A stretch of 64,000 nucleotides of DNA from Acidobacteriota bacterium (lineage in GTDB: Bacteria; Acidobacteriota; UBA890; WLXD01), in contig CBDFKD010000002.1 in NCBI GenBank assembly GCA_965248695.1, forward strand, positions 3,840,001 through 3,904,000. Direction: 5' to 3'. Below, one piece after another: positions 7,639 to 17,612 of this stretch. Under the pieces are notes generated by a model. It was not told the DNA's origin, did no database searches, and was given only the letters and a program-made list of their open reading frames with translations. How positions within the stretch are numbered: the stretch's first letter is position 1; each line of letters begins with the position of its first letter. Position numbers and translations under genes: made by a program.

Positions 7639-8631
7639 GTGCGGAAGGTGTCGCACGATACAGGGACGTGGAAGCGCGCAGGACGTCTAGCTTGCCTGCT
7701 TGCTCTGACCGCGGCCGGCGCGCCTGGCGACGCTGACTCGGCGGCGACAAGCGGCGGCTCGACCACCGAGGAGCGGCCGGGAGCAGGTCACGGCCACCGG
7801 CTCGACCGCGTGCCGCGATGGCTGGTGATCACCGCGATGCAATCGGAGCTGGACCCGTTTCTCGCGGTTGCCGACATCGATGCCGAGCGTGTCATCAGCG
7901 GGCGAACCTACTACTCCGGTCGGCTCGCCGGGGTCGAGACGGTCCTGCTTGCCGGCGGCGTCAGCATGGTCAATGCGGCGATGAGCGCCCAGGAGGCGAT
8001 CCATCACTACACGCTCCGGGGCATCCTGATGGCGGGCATTGCCGGTGGCGTGCGGCCTGAGATCGCGATCGGGTCGGTCACCGTCCCGGCGCAGTGGGCT
8101 GAGTATCAGGAGCACGCCTTCACGGAGGATCCGGAGCAGGGTCGGCGCCGTGGCCTCGGGAACTTCGGGATGATGTATCCGGGAAAGGTGCGGGTGACGC
8201 GTGAGCGCGGTCCGGCGGATGTCGCGGAGCCCATGTTGTGGTTCCCGGCCGACGATCGCCTACTGGCCGCCGCGCGCCGCGCGATGACCGCTGCTCCGGA
8301 GCTAGAGCGATGTAATCGAGACGACGAGTGCGTCGAAGCGGCTCCGTGGACCGTGATCGGTGGCAACGGGGTGAGCGGACCGACGTTCGTCGATCACGCT
8401 GCGTATCGCGATTTCATCTGGGCGACCTTCGAGCCCGACGTACTGGACATGGAGAGCGCCGCGGTAGCGCACGTGGCCTACTCCAACGAGCTGCCGTATC
8501 TGGCCATCCGGAGCCTTTCTGACCTCGCCGGCGGTGGCTATGGATCGAATCGCATGAGGAGCTTCGGTCGGCTGGCGGCGCGTAACGCGGCGGCGGTCAC
8601 AATCGCCGTGCTGTCGCAGCTAGCCGACTAG
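7639..8631 (+). CDS. MTA/SAH nucleosidase-like purine phosphorylase family protein, probably exported
   Basis: ITAMQSE, GGVSMVNAA, GIAGG, LDMESAA, IRSLSDLAGG; N-terminal hydrophobic signal-like segment. Confidence 0.8.
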   Translation: MRKVSHDTGTWKRAGRLACLLALTAAGAPGDADSAATSGGSTTEERPGAGHGHRLDRVPRWLVITAMQSELDPFLAVADIDAERVISGRTYYSGRLAGVETVLLAGGVSMVNAAMSAQEAIHHYTLRGILMAGIAGGVRPEIAIGSVTVPAQWAEYQEHAFTEDPEQGRRRGLGNFGMMYPGKVRVTRERGPADVAEPMLWFPADDRLLAAARRAMTAAPELERCNRDDECVEAAPWTVIGGNGVSGPTFVDHAAYRDFIWATFEPDVLDMESAAVAHVAYSNELPYLAIRSLSDLAGGGYGSNRMRSFGRLAARNAAAVTIAVLSQLAD

Positions 8632-11606
8632 TGGCCTGAGCCGGCCCCTGCCTCCTCGGTTTCCTCTGTCGAGCGCAGCGCTTCCAGCGCTTTCTGGATC
8701 TCGTCGGCGATGGCGCGAGCACGGTCTTCGAGGTGGTCCTCCATGTCCAGATAGGGGACTCCCTCCTCCAACCACGCAGGCATTCCCAGGTCACGTAGGT
8801 AGTGATCGAAGAACTCGTGCATGCGGACGGTGTAGTCCTTGCGGTTGGCCGGCTTGCGCAGCCCGTGGTTTTCGCCGACGTACTGCAACATGACGACGTT
8901 CTTGTTCAGCCGTCGGAGCGTGTTGTAGTACTCGACCCCCTGGGTGAAATCGACCGCCCCGTCCTGGTCGTTGTGCAGGATCACCAACGGTGTGGTGACC
9001 GCGGCGGCGTGGTAGACGGGGGAGTTGCGCACATAGGCGGCCGGAACGTCCCACGGACCGCCGGTAAACCGTCCCTGGCTGCTCTCGAAGATGGCTCCGT
9101 TGCCACCGCCGCTGTTCTTGTAGACCAAGGCGTACATGCTGATCATGTTGGTCAGCGGCGCGCCCGCCACCGCGGCAGTGAACCTGTCCGTTTGAGTGAC
9201 CAGATGCGAGGTCTGGTATCCGCCCCAGGAGTGGCCGTGGAGCCCCACCGCCTCGGGATCGACGACGCCGGTCTCGATGGCCGCGTCCAGCGCCGGTAGA
9301 ACGCTCCAGACCGCCGACATTCCGGGGTCGTCCACCTCGTAGACGATGTCGGGCATCAGCACGGCGTAGCCGCGGCTGGTGTACACGGACTTGTTGAAGC
9401 CGTTGGCGGTCGGCATCCAGTAGAAGTTCGCCCGCTGCGACAGCTTCTCGTAGATGTACACCATGGTGGGGTACTTTCGGCCGGGCTCGTAGTTCGTTGG
9501 CAGGTAGAGTGCCGCCTGCAGCTTGGCGCCCTTCGTCGAGGTGTAGTCGACCAGCCGCACGCCGGCCGACCAGGCGTGGCCTGCCTGCTGTGAGTTGGAG
9601 TCGGTTACCCGCTGTCCGCCGGCGAGATCGGCGGCCGCCACCCAGGCGTCCGGTGCCTGGTCCTGTTGCTCACGGGTGTAGACGTAGACGTCGGCCTCCT
9701 CCGCCTTCATCACGGTGTTGAACCCGGCGTCGTCCCATAGCAGCATCTCGACGCCCGGGTGGCCCGGGTCGATCCGTGCGATGCCGCCCTTCTTGGTCCA
9801 TTCGCCGTATGCGCTGACGTACAACGGCTGTGACAGGTCGATGCCGTCGGCATCCGGGTCGAACCGGAACACGCGCCGGTAGCGGATCTGCTGCTCGCGC
9901 CCCGTCTGCGTCAGGTTGACGGCCTCAGATGCATCGGCCGCGATCTTCCACAGATCCCAGTTGTCGTAGAGCACCAGGTGAGCGCCGTCCGCGCTCCATC
10001 CCAGCCCGAACTGTGAGATCGGCGGCTCGACGATGTTGTGGTCGTCTTCCGTATTCCAGAACGTCGTCGGCAGGTCGGCGGTCAGATTGAGCGAGGCGCC
10101 GGTGGCCAGGTCGAGGGTCCAGAAGTTGCCTTGATCGAAGTAGAGCAGCCGGCTGCCGTCCGGTGACGCGTCGTAGATCCAGCGTTTCTTCTCCAGCGCC
10201 AGCCGACGCTCGCCGGTGAGCATGTCGACCACCCAGACGTCGACGTAGCGTTGCCCGTCGAGATTCCCGGTGCGCTCGTAGATGTCGTTGTCCAGACCAA
10301 TCGCGAATCGCTCACCCGGCGCCGGGTCAACGTCGCGCACCTCGGTGTCGGCCAGCTGGATGAAGCGCGCTTCGTCGATGCGATACGTGCTCAGGTAGCC
10401 GAAATTGCGGTCGCGCTCCTGCTGCACCTGCTGGCGCGATTGCAAGCGCCGGTCGCGCCAGTGCCAGATCACCAGGTCGGCAGTGTCGAGGTTCTCGTCG
10501 TCGGCGCTGGCGCCCGGCCCCGGTGCTGCTGCGTCGGTCACGGCGTCGTCCGGGCCGCTCGGTTCGGAGACCTCGGCGCCGTCCGAAGCGTCGTCGGTCG
10601 GCTCGACCTCGTGAATGCGGAAAACCAAGGCATCCCGGGCCTCGTTCCAGGCCGGCGCGTGGTTCGGGTTAATCGTCATCGTCTGCGGGAAGCCGTCGTC
10701 GGAGGTCGGCTCGTAGGCGATCCGAGTGGGGCTCGTCGCATCGAGGTCGGTGAAGCCGAGCACGCTGAACAGGTCGTCCTCGTGAAGCTCGCTGGCAACG
10801 CCCTTGAGCAGCGCCAGCGCATCGCCCTCTTCGGTCCAGCTCAGTTGCTTGTAGGCGGCCACCCCCGAATCGATGGGAATGACACGACCGCTGGCGATCT
10901 GGCGCAGCTGCACGCCGTTGCCGGCCCGCTCGCGGGTGTCGATGGCGGTTGCCAGCCAGGAGCCGTCGTCGTTGAAGGCGAACTCCGACACGTTGCCGAG
11001 GGTTAGCGTGACCGCGTCGCTGACTTGACGCAGCAGTAAGTCGGTGCCCTTCCACTTCTCGGTATCGCTGTCACGACTCTCTGGAGCGACGCGGTGCAGC
11101 GCCAGCCAGACGGCCTCGTTGCCGCCGAACTGGAACGACTGGATGCCCTCGAACTCGGTCATCTCCCCGGACGAGAGGTCGACCAGGCCGGCCGAGTTGC
11201 GGGGTTTCTTCTCGCTCTTGCTGGCTTCCGCCACCACCTCGTGGCCTGGACGTACCTCGTAGGCGAACCACTTGCCATCGTCCGAGAACGCCAGCTGGCT
11301 GCCGCTGCCGAAGGCTGGTTGCTCGCCGACGGCGAAGCGGTGCTCGGCGCTGCCGGCGAGGGATCGCACGACCACCTCACTGTCGCCCTCGTTAGGCTGC
11401 AGGATGTACGCTAGCCAGCTGCCGTCGGCGGAAAGCACGCGGCCGCGGATGCTCTTCCAGGCGAGGATGTCGGGAAGCTCGATGGGACGAAGATCATCCT
11501 GCCGTACCGTCGCGGATGTCGGCGGCTCGGCGCCCAGTCCGACGCCCGTGGTGGCCAGGGCACTGAGGAGGAAGGCGGCGGCGATCGCAATGCGGCGGTA
11601 AGACAT
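8628..11606 (-). CDS. S9 family (prolyl oligopeptidase-like) exported peptidase
   Basis: Signal peptide, beta-propeller, and catalytic GHSWGG / D (DQDGAVD) / H (GENHG). Confidence 0.9.
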   Translation of the reverse strand: MSYRRIAIAAAFLLSALATTGVGLGAEPPTSATVRQDDLRPIELPDILAWKSIRGRVLSADGSWLAYILQPNEGDSEVVVRSLAGSAEHRFAVGEQPAFGSGSQLAFSDDGKWFAYEVRPGHEVVAEASKSEKKPRNSAGLVDLSSGEMTEFEGIQSFQFGGNEAVWLALHRVAPESRDSDTEKWKGTDLLLRQVSDAVTLTLGNVSEFAFNDDGSWLATAIDTRERAGNGVQLRQIASGRVIPIDSGVAAYKQLSWTEEGDALALLKGVASELHEDDLFSVLGFTDLDATSPTRIAYEPTSDDGFPQTMTINPNHAPAWNEARDALVFRIHEVEPTDDASDGAEVSEPSGPDDAVTDAAAPGPGASADDENLDTADLVIWHWRDRRLQSRQQVQQERDRNFGYLSTYRIDEARFIQLADTEVRDVDPAPGERFAIGLDNDIYERTGNLDGQRYVDVWVVDMLTGERRLALEKKRWIYDASPDGSRLLYFDQGNFWTLDLATGASLNLTADLPTTFWNTEDDHNIVEPPISQFGLGWSADGAHLVLYDNWDLWKIAADASEAVNLTQTGREQQIRYRRVFRFDPDADGIDLSQPLYVSAYGEWTKKGGIARIDPGHPGVEMLLWDDAGFNTVMKAEEADVYVYTREQQDQAPDAWVAAADLAGGQRVTDSNSQQAGHAWSAGVRLVDYTSTKGAKLQAALYLPTNYEPGRKYPTMVYIYEKLSQRANFYWMPTANGFNKSVYTSRGYAVLMPDIVYEVDDPGMSAVWSVLPALDAAIETGVVDPEAVGLHGHSWGGYQTSHLVTQTDRFTAAVAGAPLTNMISMYALVYKNSGGGNGAIFESSQGRFTGGPWDVPAAYVRNSPVYHAAAVTTPLVILHNDQDGAVDFTQGVEYYNTLRRLNKNVVMLQYVGENHGLRKPANRKDYTVRMHEFFDHYLRDLGMPAWLEEGVPYLDMEDHLEDRARAIADEIQKALEALRSTEETEEAGAGSGH

Positions 11607-11634
11607 CAGCTAGCTCCGGATCGGCACGATCCGA

Positions 11635-13966
11635 TTATCCGGCCGTGCGTGCGTCATCGAGAATCTCGGGCGGATCGAAGGCGGTCATCTCCGGCAAGTC
11701 CCCGGAGTACAGCTCGACTTCTACCAAACAGGAATGGGCGATCGGGCCCTGGCCGAGTCGGGAGGTTCCCTTGTCGAGCGTCAGTACATTGGGATTACCG
11801 TGCTTGCAGAGGCTGCCCGGCGTCCCCGGTTCGAGCGGATCGAACCAGGCGCCAGTGCTCATCTGTACGACACCTTGGCGGACCTCATCGGTGACGGCCA
11901 CTCCTGCCAGACAGGCGCCGCGCTCGTTGAAGACGCGCACGATGTCGCCGGCTTCGATGCCCCGTCGTCGGGCATCCGTCGGGTGCAGGGCGATGGGCTC
12001 GCGCTGTCGGATCTTGGCCGCGCGGCTTTGGCTCCCATGGTCGTACTGCGAATGTAGCTTGGTCGCGGGTTGGTTGGATATCAGGTGCAATGGGAAGCGT
12101 GGTGCCACGCTTCCGAGCCACTCGACCGGCTCGATCCACGTCGCGTGCCCGCGGCAATCGTCGTAGTGGAAGTCGTCGACGGTCGACGAGTAGATCTCGA
12201 TCCGCCCACTCGGGGTGCGCAGCGGATTCGCATCTGGGTCCTCGCGGAACGCCTGCAGCATCATGACGGGCTCCGACTGGGGCTCCGTGTCGAACCACCC
12301 GTCACGCTGGAAAGTCTCGAACGTCGGCAGGTCGATGTTGCGCTCGGCCGCCTGTTTGCGCGTCGTCTCGTAGATCCAGCGGAGCCACTCGGCTGCCGTG
12401 CGTCCGTCGGTGAACTCATGCTCCACGCCCATGCAGCGCGCGACGCCGCTCAGAATCTCATAGTCATCGCGGCTGGATCCCACCGGGTCAGCCACCTGAT
12501 GCATGGCAACCAGGTAGGGATCACGTGGCGAGCTGGCGATGTCGCTGCGCTCCAGCGAGGTGGTGCACGGCAGAACGATGTCGGAGTGCTTGGCGAGCGC
12601 GTTCCAACACCATTCGTGGACGATGACGGTGTCGGGTTTGCGCCACGCCCGCAGCATGCGGTTGAGATCCTGGTGGTGATGGAACGGATTGCCGCCGGCC
12701 CAGTACACCAGGTGGATGTCGGGGTAGAGATGCTGCTCACCGTTGTAGTCGAACGGTGTGCCCGGGCGCAGCAGCATGTCGCTGATACGGGCGACGGGAA
12801 TGAAGTCGGTCACCGAGTTGGTGCCCTGTGGCAGCGCAGCACCCGGAATCCCGGTCTGGTGGTTGCCGATGCCGTTGGTAGCGCTGTAGCCGAAGCCGAT
12901 GCCGCCGCCTGGGAGACCGATCTGCCCCAGCATTGCGGCGACGCTGATCGCCGCCCAGTACGTTTGTTCGCCATGGTCCTGCCGGGTGAGCGACCAGCTC
13001 ACCGAGAGCATCGTGCGTGTGCCTGCCATACGGCGTGCGAGAGTCCGGATACTGTCGGCTGGCAGGTCACAGATAGCGGCCGCCCAGTCGGCGCTCTTGA
13101 CGACCCCGTCCGACGCGCCGGTGAGATACGGAGCCAGCTTGTCGAAGCCCTCGGTATAGCGTTCGATGAAGTCGGCGTCGTACAGCTGCTCGTCGTACAG
13201 CGTATGGGCAATGCCGAGTAGCAACGCCGTGTCGGTGCTGGGGCGCGCTGCCAGCCATTCGGCTTGGGTAAACTCCGCCAGGTCGGAGCGCACCGGGCCT
13301 ATGTTGACGAACTCGACACCCGCCTCGACAGCGGCGATCAGGCTCTCGCGCTGGATGTGACGTCCGGTTCCACCGGCGTTGACCTGACCATTTTTCAGCG
13401 GCACTCCTCCGAAGGCCACGAGCAGGCCGGTGTGCTCGACGATCGATGGCCAGGCCGTCGCACTTCCCACGAAACCCCAGAAGTCCCCCAGCACGTGCGG
13501 CACGATGACCTCGGCCCGCGGCGAAGCTGTATGTGTTCACCGAACGCGTGTAGCCGCCGATGCAGTTGAGAAATCGATGTAGCTGGCTTTGCGCATGGTG
13601 GAAGCGTCCGGCGCTCGCCCAGCCGTAGGAGCCGCCGAAAATGGCGCTGTTGCCGTAGCGCTCCCTGACGCGGTCCAGCTCATCGGCGACCAGTTGCTCT
13701 GCCCTTTCCCACGAGACCGCCACGAAGGGATCGGCGCCGCGCTGCTCGTTGTTCGACCCTGGTCCGCCCTCCAGCCAGCTTCGACGCACTGCCGGTGTCT
13801 TGATCCGCGTCGGCCCGTCCTGCACATCGATCATGCCCTGACCGATGGGAGAGGCGTCCGGGTCGCGCTCGAAACCGTGCAGCGCCGTGACCCGGCCCGC
13901 CTCCGACTCGACGCGGTACGTACCCCAGTGGGTACTGGTCAACGGCAGGTCGCTACGATCGGACAT
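11635..13966 (-). CDS. Molybdopterin oxidoreductase, BisC/TorZ (S/N-oxide reductase) family; split by a 1-nt frameshift at ~13515
   Basis: STHWG, VSWE.A, GSYGWASAGRFHHAQSQ, NTYS-, WAGGNPFHHHQD, TPSGRIEI, LHSQ, HGNPNVLT. Removing one G at 13515-13517 joins FAA to AEVIVPHVLG. No Tat signal. Confidence 0.88.
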
Positions 13967-14135
13967 GGAACCGTTCTCCGGGGCTCACGGAGCTCAGAGT
14001 GTAACGATGGTCGGCGTTGCCCTCCCCACAGACAGCACACAAAAGTCTTCCCCCAGCGCCACCCTTCAGCGCCGAGCAGCGGATACCGTCTGCGTTTGGC
14101 GGTGGACAGCCGCCAGACAATCCGACGGAGGAAGC

Positions 14136-14594
14136 ATGAGAGCTGCACGCAGCATCCCCGTGATCTTGCTGGTCGCGCTGGCAGCGGCATCGATGTACGG
14201 CGGACAGACACTCGGCGCCCAGGAACAGGCCGAGCTGCCCGACGGTGTGCAGCAATGGATGGAGCGCGATCAGGTGCGCCGGTGGGCCGGGTTGCTGGAG
14301 AGCGGTGAAGAGCTCTTCAACGAGGGCTCGTGTGCCCGTTGCCATGGCGAGGCTGGCAGCGGTGGTCGCTTCGGCCCCGATCTCGCCGACGCAACCTGGG
14401 TGCAATCCGAAGGCGATCTGGGCGGTATCCGAGAGACGATCTTCTGGGGTGTGCGGCGGCGCGATTTCAGCGATTCGAGCCTCCGATTCGAGATGAACCC
14501 CGGCGGGGGTATGGACCCGGAGTGGGGGGACTATGACGCGCTGGCAGCCTATGTCTGGTCGTTGAGCAACGGCACGTTCCTGCCGGAACGATGA
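14136..14594 (+). CDS. Exported monoheme cytochrome c
   Basis: GGAGG RBS, signal peptide, CARCH heme motif, GPDL and a distal Met (EMNP). Confidence 0.85.
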   Translation: MRAARSIPVILLVALAAASMYGGQTLGAQEQAELPDGVQQWMERDQVRRWAGLLESGEELFNEGSCARCHGEAGSGGRFGPDLADATWVQSEGDLGGIRETIFWGVRRRDFSDSSLRFEMNPGGGMDPEWGDYDALAAYVWSLSNGTFLPER

Positions 14595-14608
14595 TCCAGT
14601 CGGTGCTG

Positions 14609-14668
14609 CAACCTGCCTGAGCGCTGACTCGATCGGTCCGTCAACCTGCCCGAGCGCCGATTGACTCG
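14609..14668 (+). repeat. Imperfect direct repeat upstream of the DUF4212-SSS operon
   Basis: CAACCTGCCTGAGCGC-TGACTCG (14609-14631) and CAACCTGCCCGAGCGC-CGAT-TGACTCG (14642-14668). Confidence 0.55.
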
Positions 14669-14697
14669 CCAGCGGAAGTGTTGTCCCATGCGTCGGC

Positions 14698-14955
14698 ATG
14701 TCTTCTCCCAAAGCGGATCCTGAGGGCTACTGGCGGGCGAACCTGGTGCTCGTGGGGCGCCTGTTGTGCGTCTGGGCACTCGTCTCGTTTGGACTGGGGA
14801 TCTTCCTCGTCGAGCCGCTGAACACGATCCGCATCGGAGGCTTCCCTCTCGGGTTCTGGTTCGCGCATCAGGGCTCCATCTACGTCTTCATCGTCCTGAT
14901 CTGGACGTATGCCCGCCTGTCGGACCGCATGGCGGAGCGCTTCGGGGTCGACTAG
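14698..14955 (+). CDS. DUF4212 small membrane protein (partner of ActP-like symporters)
   Basis: YWRANL...WALVSFG...GGFPLGFWFAHQGSIYVF...DRMAERFGV. Confidence 0.88.
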   Translation: MSSPKADPEGYWRANLVLVGRLLCVWALVSFGLGIFLVEPLNTIRIGGFPLGFWFAHQGSIYVFIVLIWTYARLSDRMAERFGVD

Positions 14956-14977
14956 TGGCCTGTTGCAGGCCACTAGT
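14951..14977. repeat. Perfect palindrome on a TAG stop codon (short repeat family, copy A)
   Basis: ACTAGTGGCCTG-TTG-CAGGCCACTAGT, a 12-bp perfect stem. Confidence 0.85.
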
Positions 14978-15004
14978 GGTCCGTAGCCGGCCATCGCGAC
15001 GACC

Positions 15005-16747
15005 ATGAGCGTGCTCGTCTGGACCTACATCATCGTCGGGTTGACCTTCACGCTCTACATCGGCATCGCCATCTGGACCCGCGCGCAGACCACCAAGGGG
15101 TTCTACATCGCCGGTCAGGGCGTGCCGGCGATCGCCAACGGCATGGCCACCGGCGCCGACTGGATGAGCGCCGCATCGTTTATCTCGATGGCTGGGCTGA
15201 TCTCGTTCATGGGCTACACCGGCACCGTGTACCTCATGGGTTGGACCGGTGGCTACGTGCTTCTGGCGCTGTTGCTGGCCCCCTACCTGCGCAAGTTCGG
15301 CAAGTTCACCGTGCCGGAGTTCGTCGGCGAGCGGTACGACTCCCAGGTGGCGCGCGTGATCGCCGTGTTCTGCGCCGTCTTCATCTCGTTTACCTACGTC
15401 GCCGGCCAGATGCGCGGCGTCGGCATCGCCTTCTCGCGTTTTCTGGAAGTGCCGATCGAGCAGGGCGTCGTGATGGGTATGGCGCTGGTGTTCATCTACG
15501 CCACCCTGGGCGGCATGCGCGGCATCACCTACACGCAGGTGGCGCAGTACGTGGTGCTGATCATTGCCTACCTGATCCCGGCGATTGCGATCTCCTGGAA
15601 GATGACCGGCAACCCGATTCCGCAGCTCGGGTTCGGTGGCGCTCTGGTCGAGGGCAACAACGCCGGCCGCTATCTGCTCGAGGCGCTCGACGCGATCCAC
15701 CGCGACCTCGGTCTGCCCGAGTACACCGCCGCCTGGGTCGGCGGCAAGAAGACGATGATCGACGTCACCGCGATCACGCTGGCGCTGATGGTCGGGACTG
15801 CCGGGCTACCGCATGTGCTGATTCGCTTCTACACCGTGCGCAGCGCCCGGGCGGCGCGCTGGAGCGCGATGTGGGCCCTGGTCTTCATCGCCGTCCTCTA
15901 TACCACCGCGCCCGCCGTCGCCGCGTTCGCGCGCTTCAACATGATCGATTCGCTCAGCGGCACGCGCTACGACGAAGCGCCGGTATGGTTCACTAACTGG
16001 GAGACCACCGGGCTGATCGCCTTCGACGACAAGAACGGCGACGGCCGGATTCTCTACTCCGGTGACGCGGCGGCCAACGAGCTCACCGTCGACCGCGACA
16101 TCGTGGTGCTCGCCAACCCGGAGATCGCGCAACTACCGAACTGGGTGGTGGCGCTGGTGGTGGCCGGCGCCCTGGCCGCCGCGCTGTCGACTGCCGCGGG
16201 GCTGCTGCTGGTGATCTCCTCGTCGCTGTCCCACGACCTGGTGAAGTCGATTCTCAAGCCCGACCTCAGCGAGCGCGACGAGTTGCGGCTGGCGCGTATC
16301 GCCGCCGGCGGAGCGGTTGTCGTCGCCGGGTTCTTCGGCATCTACCCGCTCGGTTTCGTGGCCCAGGTGGTGGCCTTCGCCTTCGGGCTCGCCGCCGCCA
16401 GCTTCTTCCCGATCCTGGTTCTGGGGATCTTCAACAAGCGAGTCAACAAGCAGGGTGCGATCGCCGGCATGCTCAGCGGCGTGCTGTTCACCGCTAGTTA
16501 CATCATCTATTTCCGCTCGATCAATCCCGGCGCTGGCGCCGACGAATGGTGGCTGGGAATCAGCCCCGAGGGCATCGGCGCGGTGGGCATGCTGCTCAAC
16601 TTCGCGGTGACGCTGGTGGTCAGCCATCTGACCCCGCCGCCCTCAGCCGAGGTGCAGGCGATGGTGGCCGAGATCAGGTTGCCGCGCGAGACGGTTGATC
16701 CGGTCGCCGCGGGTAAAGAGAGAGCGCGCATCGCGGCGGAAGGCTGA
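15005..16747 (+). CDS. Sodium:solute symporter, ActP-like (cation/acetate) subfamily
   Basis: NGMATGADWMSAASFISMAG, GWTGGYVLLA..LAPYLRKFGKFTVPEF, GTAGLPHVLIRFYT, AAALSTAAGLLL. Confidence 0.92.
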   Translation: MSVLVWTYIIVGLTFTLYIGIAIWTRAQTTKGFYIAGQGVPAIANGMATGADWMSAASFISMAGLISFMGYTGTVYLMGWTGGYVLLALLLAPYLRKFGKFTVPEFVGERYDSQVARVIAVFCAVFISFTYVAGQMRGVGIAFSRFLEVPIEQGVVMGMALVFIYATLGGMRGITYTQVAQYVVLIIAYLIPAIAISWKMTGNPIPQLGFGGALVEGNNAGRYLLEALDAIHRDLGLPEYTAAWVGGKKTMIDVTAITLALMVGTAGLPHVLIRFYTVRSARAARWSAMWALVFIAVLYTTAPAVAAFARFNMIDSLSGTRYDEAPVWFTNWETTGLIAFDDKNGDGRILYSGDAAANELTVDRDIVVLANPEIAQLPNWVVALVVAGALAAALSTAAGLLLVISSSLSHDLVKSILKPDLSERDELRLARIAAGGAVVVAGFFGIYPLGFVAQVVAFAFGLAAASFFPILVLGIFNKRVNKQGAIAGMLSGVLFTASYIIYFRSINPGAGADEWWLGISPEGIGAVGMLLNFAVTLVVSHLTPPPSAEVQAMVAEIRLPRETVDPVAAGKERARIAAEG

Positions 16748-16767
16748 GTCCACGGAGGTCAAGTCGC

Positions 16768-17601
16768 ATGGGACCCAGAAACAGCGCAAGCGAAACCGGT
16801 CGCACGTCTCGTACGACAGCGGCTGTGTTGGTCGCCAGCATCACGGCGCTCGGCATCATCAGCATCGCTGCCGGTGCCGGGCTAGCACAGGGGGGCGATC
16901 CGGAGCTCACCGAGGTGTGGGAACCGGAGCCCGCCATCGTCGATCCCGGGGGACCGAGCCGGGCCCCATCCGACGCCATCGTGCTGTTTGACGGCAGCAA
17001 CCTCGACGCCTGGCACCACGTCGGCGTCGATGGGGAATCGACCGGCGACGCTGGATGGAGGGTCCATGACGGCATCATGACGGTCGTTCCCGGCGCCGGC
17101 AGCCTGCTCACCAGGCAGAGGTTCGGCGATGTTCAGCTGCATGTCGAGTGGCGAACGCCCGAAGTCGTCGAAGGCGACAGCCAGGGTCGCGGCAACAGCG
17201 GCGTGTTCCTGATGAACCGCTACGAGGTGCAGGTGCTGGATTCGTTCGACAACCGCACCTACTCAAACGGCCAAGCGGCGAGCATCTACAAGCAGTCCAT
17301 TCCGCAGGTAAACGCTTCGCGGGGGCCGGGCCGGTGGCAGTCGTACGACATCCTGTTCGAAGCGCCCCGGTTCGCCGATACCGGAGAGGTGGAAAGCCCC
17401 GCCATGATGACCGTGCTGCACAACGGCGTGCTGGTGCAGCACCACGTCACTCTGCGGGGACCGACCGTGTTCATCGGCGAGCCAGCCTACGAGCCGCATT
17501 CCATGCGCGAGCCCATCCAGCTGCAGGATCACACCAACCCGGTCAGCTTCCGCAACGTATGGGTGCGCGAGCTGCCGCGGCGGAACAGGGTGGCTCGCTG
17601 A
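16768..17601 (+). CDS. DUF1080 (3-keto-disaccharide hydrolase-like) exported protein
   Basis: APSDAIVLFDG, FGDVQLHVEW, GNSGVF, YEVQVLDS, WQSYDI, LQDH..PVSFRNVWVR. Confidence 0.88.
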   Translation: MGPRNSASETGRTSRTTAAVLVASITALGIISIAAGAGLAQGGDPELTEVWEPEPAIVDPGGPSRAPSDAIVLFDGSNLDAWHHVGVDGESTGDAGWRVHDGIMTVVPGAGSLLTRQRFGDVQLHVEWRTPEVVEGDSQGRGNSGVFLMNRYEVQVLDSFDNRTYSNGQAASIYKQSIPQVNASRGPGRWQSYDILFEAPRFADTGEVESPAMMTVLHNGVLVQHHVTLRGPTVFIGEPAYEPHSMREPIQLQDHTNPVSFRNVWVRELPRRNRVAR

Positions 17602-17612
17602 GGAAGGATGGC

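Noticed and set aside
13500-13530. Programmed frameshift in the Mo-oxidoreductase
   Set aside because: No slippery heptamer; it matches the pattern of +1 homopolymer errors elsewhere in the window.
17148-17612. Long N-terminal extensions in the ORF track (also 29216, 30550, 33134, 37219 and the 34114 start of the antitoxin frame)
   Set aside because: They overlap real upstream genes in another frame and are Arg/Pro/Ala-rich shadow sequence; downstream starts were used.
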